Translations under genes and position numbers: made by a program
Origin: Candidatus Latescibacterota bacterium
Lineage (GTDB): Bacteria > Latescibacterota > UBA2968 > UBA8231
Assembly: GCA_965215195.1 (NCBI GenBank)
Contig: CBDCDC010000002.1
Location: 448,001 to 512,000, forward strand
Direction of reading: 5' to 3'
DNA: 64,000 nt
Notes under the pieces: model-generated
Database searches by the model: none
The model's input: only the letters and a program-made list of their open reading frames with translations
Told to the model about the DNA's origin: nothing
Shown here: piece by piece, positions 16,658 to 26,138 of the stretch
Layout: each line of letters begins with the position of its first letter
How positions within the stretch are numbered: the stretch's first letter is position 1

Positions 16658-18826
16658 ATGTTACATCTCGTGCTTCTTCTAGGCATTGCGCTATGGAACC
16701 GTTCCGTCGAGGCGCTCACGTGGCATTTCGACGACGGGACGACGCAAGGATGGGCCGCCAAAGAAGCTGCTGCATGGGGTGGTTCGGCTGAAGTCAACCT
16801 GTTTCCGGGGCAGGTCCAAGACGGCGTGTGGACGATTGATGTGTCACCGTCCGTGGCCGGCAAGAAGTATCCCCAGCCGATTGTCCAAGTGATTTCGCCT
16901 ACCATCGGCTACGATTCGAGCTTGTTCGACCGGGTCCGAGTCCGGCTTCGCACCATCCATCATCGTCCTACGGTCGGTTCCTTTGGGCTATCTTGGACCA
17001 ATGAGCACAACCGCACGGCTCCAGGTCGAGATCCAGCCGATTTGTTTAGCAACCGGTTTTCGCTGATCGGACAAGCCGGCTTCGTCTATACCACCGAATG
17101 GCAGGAAGTGGAGGTAACGCTGCCCGTATCGGACGGAGAGGTCGCCCCGGGCGACCGGGAGGTCTGGGAGGGGCTTTTGAGGGATATTCGGCTGAGTTTT
17201 AGCTTGGATTGGGGCGAGCGCGATATGCCCCGGTCGGCGGCAGAGGTGGTCGGATGGTTGGAGATCGACTGGATCGAGTTGACCGGCGTGGAAGAGGTGT
17301 TAGCGGGGGAATTAGCCCCGCCGTCGGTTGAGTATTTCCGCTTTGAGGGGATCGGGCTTTTTGCCCCGCCGGTCTTCTCTCCTATTATGCCGGAGTTAGG
17401 GCACTTCTTGGTCTCAGGAGGGGATCGGGTTGGCGGCTTGACGGACTTGGATGAGGACGGCGATCTCGACCTGTTCTTCACGTGGAATGGTGTCCGCCAT
17501 GAATCGGCGAATCCCTTCGTAAGCGGCTGGGTCATGGCGCTCAATGATGGGCGAGGGGCCTTTGAAACGGTGCACACCGAGGAAAAGAGCGGAGAGGGGA
17601 TCCAGAATCTGCGCGTCGGCGATTTGACCGGCGATGGCCAAGACGAGATTGCGACTGAAGATAGAAAGAGTTGGGAGATAACGGTCTGGTCTATTGGGCC
17701 GGACCTCCAAATGGAGGTCCTCACGCAGATAAAGGGTCGCTGGCTGGTGGACATGGTGGATTGGGATGGCGACGGCATGGTCGAACTGTTTACAATAGAC
17801 TTTACGTTTACGGTGGAAGAAGGAGCGTTAGAGGTCTGGGAGGCAGGAGCGTTAGAGGTCTGGGAGGTCGAACAGGGGGTGTGGGCGGTCGCACAGGTGG
17901 CGGTGGCCGAAAACCATTGGCCCGCTCGGATAGGCGACTTTACCGGCGATGAGAAGTTGGACGTGCTGTGGGAACCGAGAGACCAGACGGGCACATGGAT
18001 GGTTGCACACTTGGGCGACGAGCCGGAGGCGGGCGACATCGTCTTTGAAGCCGAAGCCGATACGGCGGATATTCTTTTTTACCTTTTACAAGTGGGCGAT
18101 TTTGATGGCGATGGGCAGGTGGACCTGCTTACGCCGCTCGAACACACCCCTTGGGAACTGCTCAAGGGCCTTGCCGTACGAAGCAGCCGATTAGGGGGCG
18201 GTGTAGATGAGACAGTGCTTTATGATGAACGTTTGTTTCTGCGCTCGCCGGTAGTGGTGCGCGACCTGAACGGGGACGGGGTGGACGATTGGGCGTTTGT
18301 CGGCGGAGATCGCGCCTCGGGGATCGGGGTGTTTATCGAATGGGGTGGCGGCGCGCATCCGGCCAAGGCGGTGGAGCGGCATCGCTTGGACGGCGATGGA
18401 GTACAGGTGCTGCCGGGAGATATCGATGGCGACGGCGACCTCGACTTAGTCGTGTTAAATCCCCTCTTAGGCGGTGTGCAAGTGTTGAAGAGTTCGGTGG
18501 GCGAGCAGAGGACCGCGGTGCTGACAGCGGCGGTAGCGCGGCTGGTGCAGCATCGGCTCGGCGACAGCTATCCCAATCCGTTCAATCCGACGGTCGTGCT
18601 GCCCCTTGAGTTGGCGACGGACGCGACGGGGGTGTCGCTGGCCGTGTACGATGTGTTGGGTCGTCGGGTGCGGCAAGTGTGGCAAGGGCCGCTGCGGGCG
18701 GGGAGCCATCGGTTTGTGTGGGATGGCCGCGACGAAGAGGACAAGAGCGTGGCTGCCGGAGTGTACGTCTATCAGGTCGAAGTGGACGGACAGGTGGAAG
18801 CTAAAAAGACGACGAAGCTGCCGTGA
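16658..18826 (+). CDS. Secreted FG-GAP/FlgD-Ig protein (copy 3, type B)
   Basis: Closest to copy 2; internal GALEVWE duplication. Confidence 0.9.
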   Translation: MLHLVLLLGIALWNRSVEALTWHFDDGTTQGWAAKEAAAWGGSAEVNLFPGQVQDGVWTIDVSPSVAGKKYPQPIVQVISPTIGYDSSLFDRVRVRLRTIHHRPTVGSFGLSWTNEHNRTAPGRDPADLFSNRFSLIGQAGFVYTTEWQEVEVTLPVSDGEVAPGDREVWEGLLRDIRLSFSLDWGERDMPRSAAEVVGWLEIDWIELTGVEEVLAGELAPPSVEYFRFEGIGLFAPPVFSPIMPELGHFLVSGGDRVGGLTDLDEDGDLDLFFTWNGVRHESANPFVSGWVMALNDGRGAFETVHTEEKSGEGIQNLRVGDLTGDGQDEIATEDRKSWEITVWSIGPDLQMEVLTQIKGRWLVDMVDWDGDGMVELFTIDFTFTVEEGALEVWEAGALEVWEVEQGVWAVAQVAVAENHWPARIGDFTGDEKLDVLWEPRDQTGTWMVAHLGDEPEAGDIVFEAEADTADILFYLLQVGDFDGDGQVDLLTPLEHTPWELLKGLAVRSSRLGGGVDETVLYDERLFLRSPVVVRDLNGDGVDDWAFVGGDRASGIGVFIEWGGGAHPAKAVERHRLDGDGVQVLPGDIDGDGDLDLVVLNPLLGGVQVLKSSVGEQRTAVLTAAVARLVQHRLGDSYPNPFNPTVVLPLELATDATGVSLAVYDVLGRRVRQVWQGPLRAGSHRFVWDGRDEEDKSVAAGVYVYQVEVDGQVEAKKTTKLP
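17821..17868 (+). repeat. 24-nt in-frame tandem duplication
   Basis: AGGAGCGTTAGAGGTCTGGGAGG(C/T) x2. Confidence 0.9.
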
Positions 18827-18944
18827 GGGATAAGTCCATTCCGTGGGATTCCACGGAAAATCATATGTTCCCTTGCAACGACGGATGAAGCAACGAAGAA
18901 TTGTTTCTGTACCATTTGAGCCAAGGGACCGATTGAAAACCGCT

Positions 18945-18990
18945 AGGCAGGGTCTCGGCGTGTGCAGCGTGCCGATCCCCTGCCTTTCTT
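18945..18990 (+). terminator. Terminator-like hairpin just before FG-GAP copy 4
   Basis: AGGCAGGGTCTCGGC...GCCGATCCCCTGCCT followed by TTCTT; the 3' arm and RBS are identical to those before copy 3. Confidence 0.6.
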
Positions 18991-19006
18991 GTAAAGGACA
19001 TCGGCC

Positions 19007-21199
19007 ATGTTATATCTCGCGCTTCTTCTAAGCACTGCGCTATGGAGCCGTTCCGCCGAGGCGATCAAGTGGGATTTTGACGACGGGACGACGCAGGGAT
19101 GGGGAGCCAAAAAATCTTTTAGGTCCGGGGGTGAGCATCAATTTTTCCCGTTGTCTGGGGTAGTCGAAGCGGGCGTGTGGCGGATCAATCTATTTCGCAT
19201 CGACGGTCTCAGTGAAGCAGGGGCCGACTTGATTTCTCCGACGATAGGCTCTGATTCGCACCTGTTCGACCGGGTGCGGGTGCGGTTCCGCTCGGTCCAT
19301 CATAGTCCTACGACCGGAGCCTTGTTCCTCCGATGGACCAATGAGCACAACCTCATGTTCCCGGGTAAGGACCCCCTACTGCAAAGGGGTCGGTTTTCTC
19401 TTCCCGCAAAGGGCTTCTATGGCGAGTGGGTATATACGACCGAATGGCAGGAATTCGAGTTTTCGTTGGTTGACATGGAGAAGAATTACTTTGGGTATTA
19501 TCCCTTATGGGAGGGTCTATTAGATGATATTCGACTGACGTTTGGCTTGGAGGATATGACCGCGTCTATGACCGACCGGCTAGCCTCGACGAAGGTGGCG
19601 GGCTTGGAAGTGGATTGGATTGAGTTGACCGGTGTGGAGGAGGTGTTACAGGGCGAATTACCTCGGCCGCCGGTGTTTGATGTTGGCTTTGCAGGGTCTA
19701 GGATTTTTGCGCCGCCAATATTCTATCCGATCGTGCCGGGATTAGGGTCATTTCGCCTCTTCGGCGACTCCCAAGAAGGTATTTTGACTGACTTAGATGA
19801 GGATGGAGACCTTGATCTGTTCTCATTCTGGTTAGGGGGGGGGGCGGAGGGCTGGGTCATGGCGTGCAACAACGGTGCGGGGGCTTTTGAAACGGTACGC
19901 GTCGAGCCGGAGGAGGATCTAACGCGACCGGAAGATCGTAGGGTGTGCGTCGGCGATGTGACGGGCGATGGCCGCGACGAAATGGTGATGAGTATCAAAA
20001 TGTGGGATCTCGGGGTTTGGTCTATGGGAGCAGAGTTCCAGATGGAGGCCCTCGTGCAGCGGTCCAATCGCCGGTTGGTGGATGTAGCCGATTGGGACGG
20101 CGATGGGCAGATGGAGGTATTTGCCCAACCGGTGGACGAGGACGACTCTTTTTTGGAGGTGTGGGACCTTGTCAACGGGGTATGGACGTTCGCCGAGTGG
20201 GCGGTGCCCGATCCGGCTTCCGGGTTGTCGTGGGCACATCAAATCGGCGATTTTACGGGCGATGGGGGGCTGGACGTGCTGTGGGGGCCGGAGGTTTTTG
20301 TGGGGGGGAGGGAATTTTTTGAACAAGCGATCTCATTTAGAGTGGGGGTCTTAGGGGCTGATCCTGCGCAGGGGGTGCTGTTTGAAGAGGTCATCCCGTT
20401 TTCTCTCCTCGCGGGTCGAGCCGGCGATTTTGATGGCGATGGGCAGGTGGACTTACTCGCGGGCTTCCGGGAGGACCGCTCTGAGCAGCGCAAGGGCCTA
20501 GCCGTGTGGAGCAGCCTCTCTGATGGATTAAAACAAGAGGCGATCTATGATGCGTCTCTGTTTCTACGCTCGTCAGTGGTGGTGTGCGACCTGAATGGCG
20601 ATGGGGTGGATGATTGGGTGTTTGTCGGCGGGGACTATGCGTTGGGTTTTGGCGTGTTCGTCGAATGGGGTGGCGGCTTGCATCCGTCCAAATCGGTGGA
20701 ATGGCATCGCTTGTCTGGTGAGGGAGTGGACGTGGGAGCAGGGGAGGTGGCGACGGGCTTAGAGGGGAATGGCGTCAGGGTGCTTCCTGGGGATGTGGAT
20801 GGCGACGGGGATGTCGATTTGGTGGTGTTGGATCGGGCATTAGGGGGCGTACATGTGCTCAAGAGTTCGGTGAGTGAGCAGCCGACCGCCGTGATGACAG
20901 CGGCGGCAGCGCGGCCAGCGCAACATCGGCTCGGCGACAGCTATCCCAATCCGTTCAATCCGGCTGTAGTGATCCCCCTCGACTTGGCGACGGACGCGGT
21001 GGAGGTGTCGCTGACGGTGTACGATGTGTTGGGTCGTCGGGTGCGGCAGGTGTGGCAAGGGCCGCTGGGGGCGGGGAGTCATCGGTTTGGGTGGGATGGC
21101 CGCGGTGAGGCGGGCAAGGCGGTGGCCGCTGGCGTGTACGTCTATCAGGTCGAAATCGACGGGCGAGTGGAAGCGAAAAAGACGACCAAGCTGCCGTGA
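19007..21199 (+). CDS. Secreted FG-GAP/FlgD-Ig protein (copy 4, type A body with B-type leader)
   Basis: Mature region closest to copy 1; signal peptide resembles copies 2 and 3. Confidence 0.9.
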   Translation: MLYLALLLSTALWSRSAEAIKWDFDDGTTQGWGAKKSFRSGGEHQFFPLSGVVEAGVWRINLFRIDGLSEAGADLISPTIGSDSHLFDRVRVRFRSVHHSPTTGALFLRWTNEHNLMFPGKDPLLQRGRFSLPAKGFYGEWVYTTEWQEFEFSLVDMEKNYFGYYPLWEGLLDDIRLTFGLEDMTASMTDRLASTKVAGLEVDWIELTGVEEVLQGELPRPPVFDVGFAGSRIFAPPIFYPIVPGLGSFRLFGDSQEGILTDLDEDGDLDLFSFWLGGGAEGWVMACNNGAGAFETVRVEPEEDLTRPEDRRVCVGDVTGDGRDEMVMSIKMWDLGVWSMGAEFQMEALVQRSNRRLVDVADWDGDGQMEVFAQPVDEDDSFLEVWDLVNGVWTFAEWAVPDPASGLSWAHQIGDFTGDGGLDVLWGPEVFVGGREFFEQAISFRVGVLGADPAQGVLFEEVIPFSLLAGRAGDFDGDGQVDLLAGFREDRSEQRKGLAVWSSLSDGLKQEAIYDASLFLRSSVVVCDLNGDGVDDWVFVGGDYALGFGVFVEWGGGLHPSKSVEWHRLSGEGVDVGAGEVATGLEGNGVRVLPGDVDGDGDVDLVVLDRALGGVHVLKSSVSEQPTAVMTAAAARPAQHRLGDSYPNPFNPAVVIPLDLATDAVEVSLTVYDVLGRRVRQVWQGPLGAGSHRFGWDGRGEAGKAVAAGVYVYQVEIDGRVEAKKTTKLP

Positions 21200-21254
21200 G
21201 GCATGGGGCTATCGAGCGGCCTTGGGACGGGTGTCGGCATGGGGCCGAGCGCAT

Positions 21255-22070
21255 TCATCCTACGGGAGAGCCGGTTCCACTGCTGCGGTGACGCAGCCAT
21301 TCCACTGTAAACAGAACCAAGACGGCAAACGCGATGAGAAAGGTCGCCACCGCTAGGATGGTGGGGCTGATTTGCTCGCGGATGCCCGCCCACATCTGTC
21401 GCGGAATAGTCCGCTGCTCCAAGCCGCCCATGAACAGCACCACCACGACCTCGTCGAAGGACGCGGCAAAGGCGAATAACCCGCCAGACGCCACCCCAGG
21501 TGCGATGAGCGGCAACTGCACGCGCCAGAAGCTGTGCAGCGGACCCGCGCCGAGGCTGGCGGCAGCCCGCATCAAGTTCCGGTCGAAGCCCGACAACGTG
21601 GCGGTTACGGTAATCACCACAAACGGGACCCCGAGCACGGCGTGGGCGAGGATTATGCCGAGGTGGGTCTGCGCCAAGCCGAGGCTGGAGTAAAAGAAGA
21701 ACATCCCCACCGCGGCGATGACGACCGGCGTGATCAGCGGCGAGATCAACAGCCCCATCACAGCCCTCCGAGCGGGCATGGCCGAATTCGCCAGTCCGAG
21801 GGCCGCGAGGGTGCCAAGCGAGGTCGCGAGCAGGGTCGCCGAGACGCCGATGACCAAGCTGTTGACCAAGGCGCGAGTCCATGCGCCGTCTGCGATGATG
21901 CTGCGATACCAACGCAGTGAATACGCCTCCGGGTCGAGGCGCAGCATGCCCTCGGTAAACGTGAAATACGGCTCGGCGTTGAAGCTGAGTGGCACGATCA
22001 CCAAAATCGGCGCGACCAAGAAGACAAACGCCGCCGTGCAGAACGCGAGATAGACCCACCGCCCAAACAT
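21255..22070 (-). CDS. Polyamine-type ABC transporter permease (PotC-like)
   Basis: Start reassigned to MFGRWVY; 'AAASLGA' EAA loop, 'SFDEVVV'. Confidence 0.88.
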   Translation of the reverse strand: MFGRWVYLAFCTAAFVFLVAPILVIVPLSFNAEPYFTFTEGMLRLDPEAYSLRWYRSIIADGAWTRALVNSLVIGVSATLLATSLGTLAALGLANSAMPARRAVMGLLISPLITPVVIAAVGMFFFYSSLGLAQTHLGIILAHAVLGVPFVVITVTATLSGFDRNLMRAAASLGAGPLHSFWRVQLPLIAPGVASGGLFAFAASFDEVVVVLFMGGLEQRTIPRQMWAGIREQISPTILAVATFLIAFAVLVLFTVEWLRHRSSGTGSPVG

Positions 22071-23275
22071 CAGCCCAACCTCATGCGGTCGATGCCCACC
22101 ACGCGGTCGTAGAGCACGTACAGGGCGATGACGCCTACTAGCAGGATGACGGCGAGCGCGGCCGCGAGTCCCCAGTTGAGCGAGGTCTGCATGTGATAGG
22201 CGATCATGTTGGAGATGAGCTGACCCTTGCTCCCGCCGACCAGCGCCGGCGTGATGTAGTAGCCAATGGCGAGGATGAACACCATCAGCAATCCAGCACC
22301 GACCCCGGGCAAGGTCTGCGGCCAATAGACGCGCCAGAACGCCTGAAAGGGAGTCGCGCCGAGGGAGGCCGCGGCCCGGACGTGCGAAGGCGGAATCGAG
22401 CGCATCACCGAGTACAGCGGCAGCACCATGAAGGGCAGTAGGACGTGGGTCATGGCCACAAATGTGCCGGTCATGTTGTATATCATGGCGATGCGACCGT
22501 CGTCTGCGACCAGTCCGAGTGCCACCAGCAAGTTGTTGACGACGCCTTGGGTCTGGAGCAGCACGATCCAAGCTGTCGTCCGCACCAGCAGGGACGTCCA
22601 GAACGGCACCAACACCAGCAACAACAGCAGGTTGGCGCGGCGCGGCGGCGCGTGGGCGATCAGGTGGGCAATCGGGTAGCCAATGGCCAAGCACAGCGCG
22701 GAAATGCCAGCGCCAACGGCCAGCGTGCGCCACAAAAGCGGCAGGTAGATGCGGCGCTCCTGCGGCTGCCGGGCGATGCGGCCATCGGGTTGATGCACCA
22801 AATCGAGAGCATTGATATAGTGGCGAGACGTGAACCGCTCCCCAGCGCTGCGAAGCGCCAGCCACACCTCCGGCTCGCCCCAAGCGGCGTCGATGCCGAC
22901 CATGGTCTCGCGCCAAGAGTCGCCGCTGGCGTTGCGCAGCTTGCGCACACTGCGCGTGACAACGCTGCGCAAGCCGCTCTTGATGCGGTTGACGCGCGTG
23001 GCAATTTGGCCGAGGGTGCGCTCTTCCCGCGCCCGCAACAACTCGCGTCCGGCCGCGGCATACACAGGCTCCTGCGGGGCGCTGGTCCCGTCCCATGCTC
23101 GCAATAGAGCGAGCGTTTCCGGCAACGCATCCGCGACTAGGGGGTCGTACGCGCTGCGCACGAGCAACGCGCCGAGCGGCGCGACAAAGGTCGCTAAGAC
23201 AAAGGCAATCAGGGGCAGGGCCAGCCCGGCCGCCCACCACCGCTGCCGCGCCTGTGCTCGTACTTGGTCAACCAC
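22070..23275 (-). CDS. Polyamine-type ABC transporter permease (PotB-like)
   Basis: 'PFWTSLLVRTTAW', 'LPFMVLPLY', 'GYYITPALVGG'. Confidence 0.9.
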   Translation of the reverse strand: MVDQVRAQARQRWWAAGLALPLIAFVLATFVAPLGALLVRSAYDPLVADALPETLALLRAWDGTSAPQEPVYAAAGRELLRAREERTLGQIATRVNRIKSGLRSVVTRSVRKLRNASGDSWRETMVGIDAAWGEPEVWLALRSAGERFTSRHYINALDLVHQPDGRIARQPQERRIYLPLLWRTLAVGAGISALCLAIGYPIAHLIAHAPPRRANLLLLLVLVPFWTSLLVRTTAWIVLLQTQGVVNNLLVALGLVADDGRIAMIYNMTGTFVAMTHVLLPFMVLPLYSVMRSIPPSHVRAAASLGATPFQAFWRVYWPQTLPGVGAGLLMVFILAIGYYITPALVGGSKGQLISNMIAYHMQTSLNWGLAAALAVILLVGVIALYVLYDRVVGIDRMRLG

Positions 23276-23282
23276 CTGCTGG

Positions 23283-24416
23283 TCAGTCCTCCCCGTCGTC
23301 CGCCGCGTCGGGTTGCAGGGCGCGGCAGTCCAGCACGGTCCAGCCGACGCGGACGTGATCTCCCTCCAATACGCCCCCTTGGCCCACGATGTTGGGAATC
23401 TTGACGCTGAAGCCCGAGTGCCCGCACAGCTTTAGGCGCAGGCGCAAGTGGTCGCCGAGAAACACTATGTCCTCGATAGCGGCGTCAAACTCGTTGGCGT
23501 ACGAGTGCCCGTCCTCGCTCGGCGAGAGCTTCACCCGCTCCGGGCGAATGACGACGGTCGCCGCCGCCCCTTGCGGGCATTGCCCCAAGCTCACGGCCTT
23601 GATGCGCGCATCGCCGACCTCCACTTCGCACACGCCGTCGCCGACTGTGCGCACCACCCCGTTTAGGCGGTTGTTCTCGCCGATGAAATGGGCCACGAAA
23701 GCGCGCTCCGGCTCTTCGTAGAGCACCTCCGGGGACGCGACCTGCTCGATCGCGCCGCCGCGAAACACGGCGACCCGATCCGACATGACCATGGCCTCCT
23801 GCTGATCGTGCGTGACATAGACGACGGTTAGGCCCAAGGTGCGCTGAATGCGGCGGATTTCGTATTGCATTTCCTCGCGCAGGCGTCGGTCGAGCGCACC
23901 GAGGGGCTCGTCCATCAACACGAGCTCCGGGTCAAAGACCAAAGCGCGGGCGATCGCAACGCGCTGCTGCTGGCCACCAGATAGCTGCCCTGGGCGGCGA
24001 TCCTCCAAGCCTTCGAGGCGCACGAGGCGCAGGGTGCGGGCCACCCGCTCCCGCCGCTCGCTTGGGTCGAGGCCGCGCACTTCGAGTGGAAACGCCAAAT
24101 TGCCGCCGACCGTCATGTGCGGAAAGAGCGCGTAGTTTTGAAACACGACGCCGATGTCGCGCTTGTGGGGGGGCAAATCGCCGACCGATACGCCGTGGAT
24201 GTGGATGGTACCAGAAGCTGGAGTCTCAAACCCAGCGAGCATCATCAAGCAGGTCGTCTTGCCCGAGCCAGACGGCCCGAGCATGGTTAGAAATTCGCCC
24301 TTGCGCACGGCGAGGTCGAGGTCGCGCACGACCCAGTTGCGGCCGTCGTAGCTTTTGCTGACGCCGGAGAATTCGACGTGGGGGGTGCTCGTGCGGTTGG
24401 CGTCTGGGCTCACCAC
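23283..24416 (-). CDS. Polyamine-type ABC transporter ATP-binding protein (PotA-like)
   Basis: GPSGSGKTT, LSGGQQQR, DEPLGALD, TOBE-like C-terminus. Confidence 0.92.
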   Translation of the reverse strand: MVSPDANRTSTPHVEFSGVSKSYDGRNWVVRDLDLAVRKGEFLTMLGPSGSGKTTCLMMLAGFETPASGTIHIHGVSVGDLPPHKRDIGVVFQNYALFPHMTVGGNLAFPLEVRGLDPSERRERVARTLRLVRLEGLEDRRPGQLSGGQQQRVAIARALVFDPELVLMDEPLGALDRRLREEMQYEIRRIQRTLGLTVVYVTHDQQEAMVMSDRVAVFRGGAIEQVASPEVLYEEPERAFVAHFIGENNRLNGVVRTVGDGVCEVEVGDARIKAVSLGQCPQGAAATVVIRPERVKLSPSEDGHSYANEFDAAIEDIVFLGDHLRLRLKLCGHSGFSVKIPNIVGQGGVLEGDHVRVGWTVLDCRALQPDAADDGED

Positions 24417-26051
24417 TCACCAACCGAGGGCATAGCCATCGCGGCGCGGGTCGGCGCCGCCCATAAAGGAACCGGTGTCGGCATCGACCATGATGCCTTG
24501 GCCGCCGCCCACCCCGGGCGACCAGTCGCCGAGAAAATTGAACTGGTGGCCGCGGCGCTCCAGCTCGGCAAATACCTCGCGGTCAATGCGGTTTTCAGCA
24601 TTGACGACAAAGCCGGGGGTCCCGGTCTTGACGCGAGGGGCCTCAATGGCGGCTTGGATATTCATCTGGTGATCGAGGATGTTCATAATCATCTGCGGGG
24701 TCGTCTGGAGGATGCCATAGCTCCCCGGGGTGCCGATGAGTAGGCGCAGGCCATCGGCGTCCCAAACTTGGGCCGGCGAGACGCACATCTCGTTTTTCTT
24801 GGCCGGGCCAATGGCATTGGGGCTGGTAGGCTCGCGGTCGAACCAGCGCATGAAGTTGTTGAGGGCAATGCCGGTCTCCGGCACCACCATGGACGAACCA
24901 AAGGCGCCGCCCAAGCTCTGGGTGCAGGCGACGGCGTTGCCCTCGGCGTCGATGGTGTCGAAGTGGGTCGTGCATTCGCTCATCCACGCCTGCGGGTCGC
25001 CCGCTTTGACCTCCCCGACCGGGCCGCCGGGCACGAGGTGCTCGCCCGCTGTAAACTGGGCCTTGTCGCCGATGAGCGTGCGCCGCTCGGCTGCGTATCC
25101 CTTCGCGAGCAGGCCCGCTGTCGGTGGGTTGTCGATGGCCGCGTAGGCAATGCGGTCGGCCATGGCCAGCTTGGCAGCCTCGATAAAGCGATGCAAGGTC
25201 GGGGCGGTGTTGTGACCGAGGCCGGCCACGTCAAAGCCCTCCATGATGGCCAGCGTCTCCAAGTACTGGACAGCTTGGCAGGGCGGCGGCGGCGCAAAGA
25301 CCTCGTAGCCGCGATAGTTGATGGAGATCGGGTCGGCGAAGGCCGGGGCAAAGTCGGCGAGGTCTTCTTGGGTAATTAGGCCGCCGGTCGCCTCCATATA
25401 GCGAACGATGCGGTCGGCAATCGCGCCCTTGTAAAAGGCATCCGCGCCCTCGGCAGCGACTTGGCGGAAGGTCTCGGCGAGGGCCTTTTGCACCACCACT
25501 TCGCCAGGCTCGGGGGCCGCGCCATCAAGTAGGTAGATGTCGGCACCAGTCTTGAAGCGGCGCAGGCTCGCGGCCGCCCCTGCGTAGAAATAGGCGTTCT
25601 TGACCGTGAGGGCGTAGCCTTGCTCGGCGTACTCAATGGCCGGAGCGAAGACGCGGGCGGCGTCCATCGAGCCGTAGCGCTCCAGCGCGGCCAGCCAGCC
25701 GCCGCAAGCCCCAGGCACTAGCGGCGAGATAGGGCCGTGCCCCTGTTTGTCGCTGCTGTCGTACAAGCCTAGGGTGGCCGCCCGCGGGGTGAGGCCGACG
25801 TAGTCGACGATCTTGTGCTCTTGGGCGCGGGCGCTGTAGATGTGCAGATAGCCGACGCCGCCAATGCCCGACATATACGGCTCGACCACGTTGAGCGCCG
25901 CGGCCGTGGCAATGGCCGCGTCAATGGCATTGCCGCCCTCCATCAGGATGCGCATGCCGGCGAGAGAAGCGAGGGGATGGGCTGAGGCGATCATGCCGCG
26001 GCGGCCCGTGGCAGTGCTGCGGTGGGTGGTGCCTTTGGCAGAAAAGGCCAT
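24417..26051 (-). CDS. ggt: Gamma-glutamyltransferase family protein
   Basis: 'GGNAIDAA', 'VEPYMSGIGG', catalytic 'TTHF', 'GADPRRDG'; AAGGAG upstream of MAFSAK. Confidence 0.92.
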   Translation of the reverse strand: MAFSAKGTTHRSTATGRRGMIASAHPLASLAGMRILMEGGNAIDAAIATAAALNVVEPYMSGIGGVGYLHIYSARAQEHKIVDYVGLTPRAATLGLYDSSDKQGHGPISPLVPGACGGWLAALERYGSMDAARVFAPAIEYAEQGYALTVKNAYFYAGAAASLRRFKTGADIYLLDGAAPEPGEVVVQKALAETFRQVAAEGADAFYKGAIADRIVRYMEATGGLITQEDLADFAPAFADPISINYRGYEVFAPPPPCQAVQYLETLAIMEGFDVAGLGHNTAPTLHRFIEAAKLAMADRIAYAAIDNPPTAGLLAKGYAAERRTLIGDKAQFTAGEHLVPGGPVGEVKAGDPQAWMSECTTHFDTIDAEGNAVACTQSLGGAFGSSMVVPETGIALNNFMRWFDREPTSPNAIGPAKKNEMCVSPAQVWDADGLRLLIGTPGSYGILQTTPQMIMNILDHQMNIQAAIEAPRVKTGTPGFVVNAENRIDREVFAELERRGHQFNFLGDWSPGVGGGQGIMVDADTGSFMGGADPRRDGYALGW

Positions 26052-26138
26052 TGGACGCAACTCCTTGCTATTTGTAAATTTGGCGACCGCCTAAAATAGG
26101 GCGAGTAACGTACAGCGTCAATCGAGGAGGCTACCTAT

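Noticed and set aside
11243-21199. CRISPR array or diversity-generating retroelement as the source of the repeats
   Set aside because: The repeats are paralogous coding sequence; there is no repeat-spacer periodicity, cas gene or reverse transcriptase in the window.
21255-23240. Long N-terminal extensions in the ORF track (661-aa permease, 689-aa TPR protein, 823-aa YyaL, 482-aa ATPase)
   Set aside because: The extensions overlap upstream genes and are low-complexity Arg/Pro/Ala-rich; downstream starts give proper coupling or an RBS.
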